From the IMG/VR virus record IMGVR_UViG_3300036790_000317, positions 33,921 through 97,920 of that record: DNA of 64,000 nucleotides. One strand, written 5' to 3'. Below are positions 44,554-54,543 of the stretch, piece after piece (position 1 is the stretch's first letter; every line of letters starts with the position of its first letter). The position numbers were made by a program, and so were the translations under genes. The stretch comes from a virus. The notes under the pieces were generated by a model, which saw only the letters and a list, made by a program, of their open reading frames with translations, had not been told where the DNA came from and did not search any database.

Positions 44554-45200
44554 AGTGACATGAACAGCGTGAGAAACATCATCACCGCGAACGCGATAAT
44601 GATGGCTGTAATGATAGCTGGCGGTACCGGGTTAATCGTAATCCGGCGCGCGGCTTTCTGCGGGAGAGGCTGGGCCTTGGCCTTGGCAGTGCCGAGGTCA
44701 CGAGTCAGCTCATTCAGCTCAGGCTGCGTCCGGGCACCGAGCGCCACTTGCATGCGGTCATCAAACTCATTCTGCCGCAGCTTTCCGTCACTGAATGCTT
44801 CGGACAACCACTCGATGGTACCGTTGCGCTCGGCATCACCGATGAGCGGGTGACCTGGTTCCGGCGGTGGTGCCACCTTGCGAGACGCAGGCTGGGCAGC
44901 CTGGCTTTTCGCCTGCTCTTTCAGCCGCCTGATTTCTTCGAGAACCTTCACGTGCTCCTTAGTCAGGTCACGTGGCAAGGTATCTCTGGCTTGCAGCTTG
45001 TCATACGCATCGGAAACTTCTGCCAGGTTGTGCCCCGTCAAGGTTACCTTGCCACCGGCATGCATCCAGCAGGTGACAATGTACTGGCCGTTCTTGAAAC
45101 TAGCTGCCATGTTACTCCGGTAGCTGGGTATTATGGGTGTCCTGTGCATTTCCGTCTGGGATCTTTGCATGAATGCCTCGAACTCTTTGTCCCACGTCAT
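44550..45200 (-). CDS. DUF1707 (SHOCT-like) membrane protein
   Basis: IGDAER...L..AF.DG.L...EFDDR...A..ART..EL..LT.DL; C-terminal TM. Confidence 0.75.
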   Translation of the reverse strand: MTWDKEFEAFMQRSQTEMHRTPIIPSYRSNMAASFKNGQYIVTCWMHAGGKVTLTGHNLAEVSDAYDKLQARDTLPRDLTKEHVKVLEEIRRLKEQAKSQAAQPASRKVAPPPEPGHPLIGDAERNGTIEWLSEAFSDGKLRQNEFDDRMQVALGARTQPELNELTRDLGTAKAKAQPLPQKAARRITINPVPPAIITAIIIAFAVMMFLTLFMSL

Positions 45201-45429
45201 TCCTTATTCCTCCTAGCTGATCTTCGACATGCACAAGACGTGCCTCGACCGAGAGCAGCCGCTGCTGGATGATGCCCAGATCCGGTTCCTGCTTTGGCCA
45301 GTTCATTGAATGACCGGCGGGGCAGAAGCATGCATAATGATCTTCTACCCGGGCATTGAACAGGCCCCGGGTAATCCCGAACAGTACCTCGCACTCGGGG
45401 CACCGCACCTTAATCAGGTCTTCTGTCAT
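45112..45429 (-). CDS. Small Zn-binding hypothetical protein
   Basis: CPEC...CPAGH. Confidence 0.5.
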   Translation of the reverse strand: MTEDLIKVRCPECEVLFGITRGLFNARVEDHYACFCPAGHSMNWPKQEPDLGIIQQRLLSVEARLVHVEDQLGGIRNDVGQRVRGIHAKIPDGNAQDTHNTQLPE

Positions 45430-45619
45430 GCGTCCTTCCCTTCTGGCTGGCGCGGGCCTAGGAAAACTTTCAGCGTCCGGCCATTATCTTGAAGGCTCAG
45501 GTCTACGCTGCAATCCCAGGTAACGAGGATCATGCCGAAACTTTCCCGGTTTGCGGGAATGAGATTGAGGGGAGCGCCGTGGTTAATAACTTCTACACGA
45601 GTTATCTTGCTCGTGTCTG

Positions 45620-45850
45620 TCAATGTGTGCCACCTGTAGCTTGTGCTGCCCGGGCAGCGGCACGCCGTGCCAGCCGCCGTTCCTTGGCTTCCTCCCACGG
45701 CGTGGGCTTGCCCTCGTGCCGCCGCTGGATGTTCATGCGCGCCTGGCTGTTCTGGGTTTCGCGGTTCCTGAGGTGCTTTGCCGTCGCCTGCTGGAACACG
45801 AAACTTTGGTATGACTTGCGCTTTTCCGTGCGTGGTTTCTTTGCTACCAT
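45620..45850 (-). CDS. Small basic hypothetical protein
   Basis: AAGGA RBS; K/R-rich. Confidence 0.5.
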   Translation of the reverse strand: MVAKKPRTEKRKSYQSFVFQQATAKHLRNRETQNSQARMNIQRRHEGKPTPWEEAKERRLARRAAARAAQATGGTH

Positions 45851-45875
45851 CGTTCATTCCTTTCTCGGTATTTGA

Positions 45876-47666
45876 TTATTGCATGCCGAGCAGCCTCGCG
45901 AGCATCGTCCGGTCTCGGATGATCTCCTCGATCTGGACTTCTTTTTCTTCGAGCACCTGCAATTTACGCCACTCCACGGTATCCGGGGCGATCTGGTCGA
46001 TGATCATGACCGGGCTCTCCTGGCCTCTGCGGTGCAGCCGGTCTTCACACTGCTCGTTCAGGTGCGGAGACCAGTGCCGCTGCATGAACAGCATGGTACT
46101 GGCACGGGTAAGCGTAATGCCCTCCCCGCCGGCCTGGATCGTCATGAGCATGCACCGCAGCCGCCCGTCCTGGAACGCCTGGACGGCTTCCTGCCGTTGT
46201 TCCGTGGTCCGGCCTCCCGTGATGAGGCCGTACGGGATTTTAGCCCGGTCAAGCCGGGCTGCGGCCAGGTCAATGAGCTGACTGCTGACGGCCGCGGCCA
46301 CGAGAGGCTCGTCACCCATCTCGTCGAGCAGTTCCTTCAGGTCATCGACCTTGGAGCTGGGCATGGCGAGCCGGACCTTGCCGTCCTCGCTGATCTGCGC
46401 CGATGCTGATGCGAACTGGAGCAGCCGGGTAAGCTGCGAGATAGCGTTTGGCGCGGCGAGGATCTCGCCGGCCTCGAAGGCGTTCGTAACCTCGGTGGCG
46501 AAGCTGCGCTCCATCTGGTGGTACAGCTTCGCCTGCGACGGGGTCATCTCGCAGTACCGGTACTGCACCGGCAGCTTCGGCGGAAGCTGTGGCAGCGCAG
46601 CTTTTTTCGGCACCCGGCGGAACAGCGGGTCCGTGACCGCGCGGAACTCCGGCGCCGTGTCCGGGCGGAGGCCGAGGATTTCGGTCCCGCCGTAGAAGCC
46701 AAGCTCGACCCGGGCCCACCGGTCCAGGTACCTGGTCTTCGCCGGGAAAGCCTCAGGCTCGATGGCATGCAGCAACGACCACAGGTCACCGACGTTTGCC
46801 ACGACCGGGGTCCCGGTCAGGCCGTACCGGAACTCAGCGTCCCGCATGATGGCCCAGGCTGCCCGGGTCCGCTTCGAATGAGCATCTGCACAGTGATGAA
46901 GCTCGTCACCAATAACCGTCCGGAAGCCCATCTCGTTCAGTTCCTTCGGTTCCTTCTCCGCATCGCTGAGGGCTATGTTGCCGTAGCCTGCGAGGCGGGA
47001 GTGAATGCGCAGCGCCTCCCAGTTGATGATCCAGAGATCAGCATCTGTTCCGAATGCCTTGCGCCGCTTCCCGGCTGACCCGCCGATGATCTGTGGCTTC
47101 AGGTCCGGGGCGAACTTCCGCAGTTCTCCAGCCCAGGTTTCCTTCACGGTGTTGGGGCAGATGATGAGCGCCGGGAAGGGCGCCTCATCTCTCTCGAGGA
47201 AAACCTGAAGGGTGCGGATAGCGCTCGCGGTCTTGCCGAGCCCCGGCGGGTTAGCGAGGATGCACCTGCGGTTGATGACCATGAAGGCGACGTCGATGCA
47301 CTGGTACGGGGACAGCTTCGTGCTGAGGCCTGCCTCGATCTTGCTGATCGTCTCGAAGATCTCGGTGATAACGCCGTACTCTTCAAGGTCTTCGGTGGCG
47401 AGCCTGTCTCGCAGGAGCGTCGCGGGGCTGACGCGGAGGGCATGCTCGCCCACGGCCCACGCTTCCAGGAGCGGGCCGACGTCCAGGTTCCAGCCGAACA
47501 GCCCTCGGAGGGTAATGCACGCAGCCCATGACAGCGGAACATGCCAATGCTGTTCCTGGTTGTCCCAGTTCGCGCCTGGAAGCTGCCGGATCAAGTATCT
47601 GTCTGCGTACAGCGTCTTAATCTCGATCTTGTGAGGGTTCTTCTCAGACAGTTCCGCATACGGCAC
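45876..47666 (-). CDS. SNF2-family helicase
   Basis: PGLGKT, DELH, LTGTP, GGEGITLT, Q.EDR.HR.GQ. Confidence 0.92.
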   Translation of the reverse strand: MPYAELSEKNPHKIEIKTLYADRYLIRQLPGANWDNQEQHWHVPLSWAACITLRGLFGWNLDVGPLLEAWAVGEHALRVSPATLLRDRLATEDLEEYGVITEIFETISKIEAGLSTKLSPYQCIDVAFMVINRRCILANPPGLGKTASAIRTLQVFLERDEAPFPALIICPNTVKETWAGELRKFAPDLKPQIIGGSAGKRRKAFGTDADLWIINWEALRIHSRLAGYGNIALSDAEKEPKELNEMGFRTVIGDELHHCADAHSKRTRAAWAIMRDAEFRYGLTGTPVVANVGDLWSLLHAIEPEAFPAKTRYLDRWARVELGFYGGTEILGLRPDTAPEFRAVTDPLFRRVPKKAALPQLPPKLPVQYRYCEMTPSQAKLYHQMERSFATEVTNAFEAGEILAAPNAISQLTRLLQFASASAQISEDGKVRLAMPSSKVDDLKELLDEMGDEPLVAAAVSSQLIDLAAARLDRAKIPYGLITGGRTTEQRQEAVQAFQDGRLRCMLMTIQAGGEGITLTRASTMLFMQRHWSPHLNEQCEDRLHRRGQESPVMIIDQIAPDTVEWRKLQVLEEKEVQIEEIIRDRTMLARLLGMQ

Positions 47667-47669
47667 TCG

Positions 47670-47852
47670 TTACCAGCCTCGGTCGAAGGTCAGCTCATCA
47701 GGTTCTTCATGCTGCCATGCAGGATGCAGGCACGACAGGCAGATGGTATCTGATTTCGGGTCTGAAATGTCAGCGAGCATGTCATCCATGTCACCGTATA
47801 TCATGTGGCCCCGGCGGCAGCACGGGCATGCCGGGTACTCCCTGGCTTTCAT
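47670..47852 (-). CDS. Small Cys-rich hypothetical protein
   Basis: Fits gap between helicase and resolvase. Confidence 0.45.
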   Translation of the reverse strand: MKAREYPACPCCRRGHMIYGDMDDMLADISDPKSDTICLSCLHPAWQHEEPDELTFDRGW

Positions 47853-47854
47853 GA

Positions 47855-48331
47855 TTACCAGCCTAGTGACGTAGAGAGAATGGTCTTGTGCTCCTCTTCA
47901 AGGGCGCCTGACCGGATCATCCAGGCAAGCAGGTGCCGGGCTGCATCATTCGCGTGCCCGAGGCCTGGCCGGTACCAGCCGAATTTTTTCAGTGTCTCAG
48001 AAGAAACGGTCATCCGCGCCTGCCGTGAGGCAGCCGGCAGGATCTGGGCGTCGTGCCTGATCGCCAGCCACCTGATAACGCCGATAATCTCGATGGTCTC
48101 GCTGCTTCCCCTGAGCCGGTACGTGGCCGGCGTGATATTAAACTGCTCCCAGCCTACGAGCGCTTCTCGGGACTGACGGCAATGATCTTGCATGATATCA
48201 CCGGCCAGCTGCGGCCATGCCTCGCCGGACTCGAAGCCCTTGCCATCACGAAGCCGTGCCCAGCCGGTCATCTTGCCCGGGTCTAGCCAGAGCACGCATG
48301 TTTTCCCGCGTGCCACCAGTGGTGGTGTCAT
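47855..48331 (-). CDS. RuvC-like Holliday junction resolvase
   Basis: LDPG..TGWA, WEQF, HANDAARH. Confidence 0.8.
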   Translation of the reverse strand: MTPPLVARGKTCVLWLDPGKMTGWARLRDGKGFESGEAWPQLAGDIMQDHCRQSREALVGWEQFNITPATYRLRGSSETIEIIGVIRWLAIRHDAQILPAASRQARMTVSSETLKKFGWYRPGLGHANDAARHLLAWMIRSGALEEEHKTILSTSLGW

Positions 48332-48443
48332 ATGCCCCTAAGCGAGCAGGCCGATCACGCCGAGCGTCATTACCGCATGCACGAAAATCGTGATGCCGGC
48401 TGCGAGCAGCACGACGCCTCCGAAAATCTTCATCTTAAACCTC

Positions 48444-48875
48444 CTAACAGTTATTCGTTCCCGCTCCGAATGAGCCTGGAGGACAGGCGGTGCCGTCATC
48501 GGCGCTGCCGTTGCTGCTCCCGCCGCTGTTGCTGGAATTGCTGCCAGAACTAGATGAGCTACCACTGCTGCTGCCGGAGCAGGTACCGGTGTTTCCGTTG
48601 CTGTCCACCCAGCCGGCGATGGTCTGATGGCAGCCCTGCCCTGGTGGGTTCGGGCCACCGTCGTTATCACTGCCATTGCCACTGCTGCTGCTGCCGTTGA
48701 CGTGGCTGCACCCGTAACTCAGTGCCGTCGCGACGGGAGCATTAACGCAGGAGAACACCCGTCCCGGTTCGGTTTTCGTGATCGGCATCTCGTTGCTACC
48801 CGGATTACAAGCAGCAAGCACCAGGGTGCAGGCTCCGGTCAGCAAGGTGAGCGCAATGGTTTTTGATTTTTTCAT
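48444..48875 (-). CDS. Lipoprotein with Ser/Gly low-complexity region
   Basis: MKKSK + hydrophobic + LAAC lipobox. Confidence 0.65.
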   Translation of the reverse strand: MKKSKTIALTLLTGACTLVLAACNPGSNEMPITKTEPGRVFSCVNAPVATALSYGCSHVNGSSSSGNGSDNDGGPNPPGQGCHQTIAGWVDSNGNTGTCSGSSSGSSSSSGSNSSNSGGSSNGSADDGTACPPGSFGAGTNNC

Positions 48876-48878
48876 TCC

Positions 48879-50661
48879 TTATCCTTTTCCTTGCCAGCGT
48901 TCTGTCATTATACTAGGCGAAGCAGTAATGGGAATTGCATAATTTTCATGGTCTTCCATAATACGGCAGATCGTGATGGCTGCTTCCTCGGCATCTTCTG
49001 CCGGGACCTCGAACAACAGCTCATCATGCACCGGCAGCAACATCTTGTCACCGAATCCAGCAGCATCCAGGTTCAGCACCGCCTGCTTGAGGATTTCTGC
49101 GGCATGCCCCTGGATCAGGGCGTTCACCATCTGCGTCTGCTCCCGGCCTCGGTCAGCGACAAGCTTACGGCCGAGCGGGGTAAGGATGCTCGGTGGATCA
49201 TTCTCACGGGCTTCCATGAGAATCCGATCCGTCAGCATGCTCAGGCCCGGGTACCTGGCGTTGAAAGCGTCATACACTGGGCGCATCTGCTGCAACGTCA
49301 CGCCGGCTGTCAGCGCCATCTTCGCAACACCAGCCCCGTACAGCCTGGCGTATCCCATGTTCTTGACCATTTGCCGGCGGCGGTCGGACTTCAGCACCGG
49401 CTCGCGGAACAGCTCCGACGCAATCTCGGCAAAGAAGTCTTTGCCCTGAGTGTCGGCAGCCTTGAAAGCCTGCGCGAGGCCGGGATCTTGCGCGAAGTGT
49501 GCAGCGAGTCGCATCTCGATCTGCGAGTAGTCACATGAGATGAAGACATTGCCTGGCCTGGGGATGAACGCGCCTCGGACGATGAGATCATCTCTGGGCA
49601 GCGTCTGCAAGGCCGGGTCCGTGATCGACATTCGCCCCGTGCGAGCCCCAAGTCCCCATATACTTGCATGGACAAGATCATCTCGATCCCGGAGCTTGAG
49701 CAGGTTTTCCAGGTAGGTGCCGGCCATTTTCTCCGAATGCCGCACCGTTAGCACGGTGTTACACAGTTCTCGGACGGCTGGCGTGACAGGATTATCTCGG
49801 TAAAAGCCGAGGGCTTCCTTGTCGATCTGCGGCAGGCCGTGCTCGGTGTGCCATTCGATGACTTGCCCCTGCGCCTCAAGTGCCGCGGCAATCTCTCGGC
49901 CGGACATCGGGCTGCGGACAAGGTGCTCGGTCAGCAGCCATTCCCGTACGTCATGCGCGTACTGCCGGATTGTGGCTAGCTTTTCTTCCGTATACGTGAC
50001 GTCGATCTTCATGCCCTTGAGCATCATCATCGCGAGGATGCGACTGACGCCCTGCTCCAGGTCGTAGACCTTGCTGTAGGAGGCCGTGACCTGCGGGGCC
50101 AGCTTCGCCCAGATATGACAGGTCAGGACCGGGTCCAGTGCCCCGTAGCACCAGTATGGGGCGAATTCCAGTGGCACCGTCGCCCACGTCCACGACTGCT
50201 TCCGCATCCCGTCGTGCAGTACCTGCTCGCCGGCCGAAGCCCGCGGGTCTACGAGCCGGTTAGCCAAAGCCTTCAGTCCTCGAGGCCGGAGCGGGTTGGT
50301 CAGGTGCGCCATCGTCAAGGTGTCGTCAATTTTGGACCATGGCGGGTCCCATTTGCCGTGTACCATAAGAAACCGGCAGTCAAATGAAGAGTTGTTCTAA
50401 ATGAGCCACCAGCTTACCTTTATAGGCAGATAGTAGCTCAATGGCACCACCTCCCCACTGCTGAAAAGGCACGGCATAACCTTGGTGCATGTCACCTAGC
50501 TGGATAAGCCGTAGCGTGTCTTTACTTGGAGCAAGCCCACTCGATTCTGTATCGAAGCCCATGGGAGTCTCGCGGCGCTCTCCTGCCCATGCCTTCATCT
50601 CCCAGAGATCATCGATACTCTGCACGAGCTTGAGGCGGACGTTCTCCAGCGGGGATTCCAC
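48879..50661 (-). CDS. polA: Family A DNA polymerase, frame broken at 50394-50400
   Basis: ExoI FDTES in 50380-50661; ExoIII YGALD, motifs A DYSQIE, B R...K...Y...YG, C VHDEL in 48879-50396. Confidence 0.9.
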
Positions 50662-50681
50662 GTTAAATTTTACAGCCGTGG

Positions 50682-50975
50682 CTACAGCACGATGCCGTAT
50701 ACCTGGTCAAAACTGCACCAGCCATTGACGTGCCCATGATTGTTGCTGATCTGCACCTGCCGTTTCCGGATGTCAACCGCGGTGACGAGGTGCAGCCGGT
50801 ACGCGCCGTGCACCTTGCACAGCACGATCTCGCCGGGGTGAGGCTCGCCGGCCATCCGGACGACGGTCACCTGCTGCCCTGATTTAATAAGCGGGGTCAT
50901 CGAGTTCCCGTGCGGGCGGAACGTGACAGCTCCGTGCTCCAAGACCCGGTGGGCTGCCTCAGCCAGGTTTGCCAT
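50682..50975 (-). CDS. S24/S26 peptidase-fold small protein
   Basis: GNSMTPLI..G; GGAGG-type RBS. Confidence 0.65.
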   Translation of the reverse strand: MANLAEAAHRVLEHGAVTFRPHGNSMTPLIKSGQQVTVVRMAGEPHPGEIVLCKVHGAYRLHLVTAVDIRKRQVQISNNHGHVNGWCSFDQVYGIVL

Positions 50976-50988
50976 GATGTGCCTCCTC

Positions 50989-51453
50989 TCACAGGATATC
51001 TACCTTCAGCTTGCATTTCCTGAGGAATTCTTCCTGGGCGGCAGTGCCCCGCCGCAGGTCCGCGGCCGTCTTGCGCCATACGGCACGGGCTACCCCGCTG
51101 TTGGCGATGATCTTGGCGCATTCCTCGCAGGGAACGCTGGAAATGTAAAGCGTGCCACCTTCGGCGCGCGACCGGTCTGCGAACGAGATCGCGTTCTGCT
51201 CAGCATGCGCGGTCGGGCAGGCAAGCCCGTAAATCTTGGAGACCTCGCCGGCTTTTACCGTGCGGCGCGGGCACATCGTCATGCAATCCCAGTCATCCGG
51301 GAACCGGGCAGGAGGCCCGGTATAACCGGTGCTGACAACCCGCTGCTTGCGGTCAGCAATCACGGCGCCGACCCCGCCGGGGCACATGCTCCGCCGGGAC
51401 ATCAGGATGGCAAGCGCCATCCACGTTTCATCCCAGGATGGCCTACCCGTCAT
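50989..51453 (-). CDS. dCMP deaminase
   Basis: RPSWD, HAEQNA, PCEECAK. Confidence 0.93.
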   Translation of the reverse strand: MTGRPSWDETWMALAILMSRRSMCPGGVGAVIADRKQRVVSTGYTGPPARFPDDWDCMTMCPRRTVKAGEVSKIYGLACPTAHAEQNAISFADRSRAEGGTLYISSVPCEECAKIIANSGVARAVWRKTAADLRRGTAAQEEFLRKCKLKVDIL

Positions 51454-51642
51454 CTTGTACTTTTCTTCCTTGCAGGTCGATGTACGCGGCGATGACACAC
51501 GCCGCGTCCCATAGTTTCATGCCACGCCGGAGGCCGTAGTAGATCGCGCCGATCTGAATCCAGGCCATGTCAATACCCGGAACCGGGTCCGGTGGCATGT
51601 CACCACCGGACCCGGCCGGGTCATCACCTTCTGTCATCCTGC

Positions 51643-52242
51643 TTACTGAGCACGGTCAAATGCCCGCAGGCCGAACTGCCGCCTGCGGCCACCCGGCACG
51701 AGTGGTGGTGTCCGGCCACCGACCCGCTCCGGGAGATCGGTGTTATTCGTCTGGCGCAGGTCACTCTTCTTCAGCGGGTCTTCCTTGCCCTTGCCGTCGC
51801 CCGCGGGAGGATCTGACGCGAGTGCCGCTCGCGCGGTCGCGGCTGCCTTCGCCCAGGCTTCCTTCTGCGCCGGGCTTCCTTCTCTCACGTCTCCGGCCTT
51901 CTTGCGAGACTTGAGGTTAGCCCGGGTTACGTGCCCGCCGGTTAGCCTGACACTGAACGGGTCGGGCATCTCGCCTCGGTCGAACTGGATAATGGCAATC
52001 TGCGCCACCCTCGGTGTGAGGTAGGTGTACCGCAGGTTCTTGGACCCGTCCGTAAACCGGATCGTCTGCACATCCACGGACACGAACTTGGCCTCCGGAA
52101 AAGCCTTCTTGACCGACTCCGCGATCATGCAGTGACTAGAGTCACGCTCGATGCTCTCGCGTGCGATTTCTTCTGTCACCTCTAGCTGGAGCTGCGGAGC
52201 GCGAGGGCGCTTCGGCTGCTGGGCAGCAATACTCCTTGCCAT
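51643..52242 (-). CDS. Hypothetical protein
   Basis: GAGG RBS; SSHCMIAES motif. Confidence 0.6.
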   Translation of the reverse strand: MARSIAAQQPKRPRAPQLQLEVTEEIARESIERDSSHCMIAESVKKAFPEAKFVSVDVQTIRFTDGSKNLRYTYLTPRVAQIAIIQFDRGEMPDPFSVRLTGGHVTRANLKSRKKAGDVREGSPAQKEAWAKAAATARAALASDPPAGDGKGKEDPLKKSDLRQTNNTDLPERVGGRTPPLVPGGRRRQFGLRAFDRAQ

Positions 52243-52244
52243 GG

Positions 52245-53201
52245 TTACCTCTTTCTCTTATCCTTCTCTTCCTCACTGGTGCCGTCACGGCACCGGCAAG
52301 TTTCTCCTTCCGGATGGATGTACCGGCAGAGGACGCACGTGAAATGCTCGACCGCTGCCTGAGGAAGCAGCCTGCTGTACCAGCCGGAACCCGGGATGAT
52401 GGTATTGCCCGGTAGCCGGCCGAGGACGAGCTGCTCTGCTGCGTCCTGGGCATCCATTACTCGTTCTGAGGCACGTGACGTGTCTTGATAGTAGTTGCAT
52501 GTCAAAGCAGGAGGCTGCTCTGCAGCCACGCTGTCATCCCAGCGCAGTTCCGCGGCTTTCTCGGTATCTTTTTCATACAGGTGCAGGCTCCCGGCGAAGA
52601 AGGTAAACGACCCCGGCTGGCAGCCCAGTGCCCAGGCAAGAGTCATCTGAAGGCGAGACTGCATCCAGAAATCATATGGCAGCCCGATATACGCATCACT
52701 GCTGCGCATGATCACGGTAGCGTCAAGCCGGTCACTCCGGATCCGGTACTGTACCGCGACCGTGCACGGCACATCTCGCTGCCCCGGCTGGCTGTCTGCG
52801 AGCATCCCGTTGTGGATGACGAGGACCGCCTGGCGACTGTCCCGGTCGTCTTCAAGCTTTTCCGCGATCAGTGGCAGCTGGTCGTAAACTCGCGGCCCGT
52901 AAGCTCCGCGGAGCCGGTTACCGTTGGCGAACTGGGCAAATCTGCCGTGGCTGGCATGATCAAGCTGGCTCAGCCAGCTCACTCCCGCGAGGAGCTGGCA
53001 GTATTCGGCTGCTCCAATGCGCTTGTTTATGGTACGCCCTGATGCAACGGGGACAGCTTGTGATGCTTCGGTAATGCACACTGTTGCGTCGCATAGCTCC
53101 CTGCATGACAGCTTGCGAGGTGCAACCGTGGTGCCGTGCACGAGCAGCTCTCGCATGAGCGCTGGGTATGCCTCGGACCCGGTCGTGAAGGTTAGTTTCA
53201 T
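52245..53201 (-). CDS. Thymidylate-synthase-fold enzyme, predicted dCMP hydroxymethylase/methylase
   Basis: AYGPR, SRQA, VPC, MRSSD..IGLPYD (Asp where ThyA has Asn), SLHLY. Confidence 0.82.
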   Translation of the reverse strand: MKLTFTTGSEAYPALMRELLVHGTTVAPRKLSCRELCDATVCITEASQAVPVASGRTINKRIGAAEYCQLLAGVSWLSQLDHASHGRFAQFANGNRLRGAYGPRVYDQLPLIAEKLEDDRDSRQAVLVIHNGMLADSQPGQRDVPCTVAVQYRIRSDRLDATVIMRSSDAYIGLPYDFWMQSRLQMTLAWALGCQPGSFTFFAGSLHLYEKDTEKAAELRWDDSVAAEQPPALTCNYYQDTSRASERVMDAQDAAEQLVLGRLPGNTIIPGSGWYSRLLPQAAVEHFTCVLCRYIHPEGETCRCRDGTSEEEKDKRKR

Positions 53202-54196
53202 GCCTGGCTCTCCGCAGCAGTCATGATCTGGGCAGCATATCCTGCTATCTCATTGTGACGGAAGCGTCGCTGCCACTGCGGGTGGGCTACCTGCACATAC
53301 TCGATGCCGGCTTCATCCAGCCGCCGGGCAGCACTGACGCCGAGCGCTATCCACTGCCTCGGCCCGAGTAGATCATCCGCGATCTTCAGGTCCATGCCTT
53401 CTTCGCCGGTATTGAGGATGCCGAAGCTTCGCAGCACCTGACGACAGTGGATGGCGAGCGCGTCCATCAGGTACAGTGCCGAGCCCGGGCCGGCGGGGGT
53501 AAAAGCATGCGTAAACGCCGGATCCGGGTCACCTGCCCCGGACCTGACGTCGCCGGCGAGGATAACCCCGGGGCGCTGCGACCCGATATAGCCAGGCACC
53601 TTGGCCTGCACCTCGCCAGACCACTCCGCGCGGTACCTCGCCCGGGCAAGGAGAGCAAGGATGTGAGACACGTCCGGCTGGCGGCGCAGCACGTCGTACC
53701 AGTACAGCGGCGCGAGGCTGGAATAGCTGTCCCAGATCATGGTGATCTCACCGGTGTCGAACAGATCACCGCGCTTGTGCTCAGGCAGCAGCAGCCAGTC
53801 ACCGTTCTTCTGGAGGCGCTTGACGACGATGCCGAGCGACGGGATCATCGCGATCTTGATGGCGCCGTGTGCCATGGCAAGCATCTCGCAGTGCAGCAGC
53901 CCGCCGGCGCTGAGGCGGCTCGCCCCGCGCTTAAGCGGGCCGTAGATCAGCTCGCCCATCGCCCAGCGGTCCTGGATGACGAGCAGATCCTGCCGCAGGA
54001 TCTCGTTTCCTGGCCGGCCGAGTGGCTCCCGCAGGAGCGTGGCTTCATACTCTTCGAACGGGTTCCGGTCCGGTGGCCTGGGTGGCCTGGCTGACCGGCG
54101 GAAGACCGCGATCTTCTGCCGGCTGGCTTCTTCTTCGATGGCACCAGCGAGGGTAGTTTTTCCTGCGCCATCCGGGCCTTCAATAATAATCAGCAA
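53198..54196 (-). CDS. dNMP kinase fused to UDG-superfamily-like domain
   Basis: EGPDGAGKTT, DR...E..YG; C-terminal ILAGD, IALG..A, HPQ. Confidence 0.75.
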   Translation of the reverse strand: MLIIIEGPDGAGKTTLAGAIEEEASRQKIAVFRRSARPPRPPDRNPFEEYEATLLREPLGRPGNEILRQDLLVIQDRWAMGELIYGPLKRGASRLSAGGLLHCEMLAMAHGAIKIAMIPSLGIVVKRLQKNGDWLLLPEHKRGDLFDTGEITMIWDSYSSLAPLYWYDVLRRQPDVSHILALLARARYRAEWSGEVQAKVPGYIGSQRPGVILAGDVRSGAGDPDPAFTHAFTPAGPGSALYLMDALAIHCRQVLRSFGILNTGEEGMDLKIADDLLGPRQWIALGVSAARRLDEAGIEYVQVAHPQWQRRFRHNEIAGYAAQIMTAAESQA

Positions 54197-54201
54197 GGCT
54201 G

Positions 54202-54543
54202 TTACTCCGTGCTCGCGCGCTGCCGCGGGATCATACGGGCATAATCTCCGCGCATCTCGCTGATGTCGTCAGCAACATCGCCCGCAGCGTCAGGAGGAGC
54301 TGTCCCGTTCAGGTTTTCCAGCAGTTCTGGCGGTAGCACGCCGAGTCCTCCGGCAAGCCGCGCGGCTACAGATACCGAAGTTCCGTACCCGTGCTCGACC
54401 CGGGAGATGATGCTGATGGACACCTGGCTCCGGGCACGGAGGTCACGCATCGACAGCCCGAGAGCCTGCCGCAGTCTGGCGACGTTCTGCCCGAGAGTAA
54501 TCTCGGCCTGATGACCGCACTCGTGCCCGGTTTCCTCAGTCAT
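54202..54543 (-). CDS. XRE-family HTH protein
   Basis: LR...GLS...L...S.VS.S.ISRVE.G. Confidence 0.85.
   Translation of the reverse strand: MTEETGHECGHQAEITLGQNVARLRQALGLSMRDLRARSQVSISIISRVEHGYGTSVSVAARLAGGLGVLPPELLENLNGTAPPDAAGDVADDISEMRGDYARMIPRQRASTE

Noticed and set aside
50380-50403. Intein C-terminus (HN/S) in polA
   Set aside because: HNxxFD is the normal ExoII motif and there is no intein-length sequence
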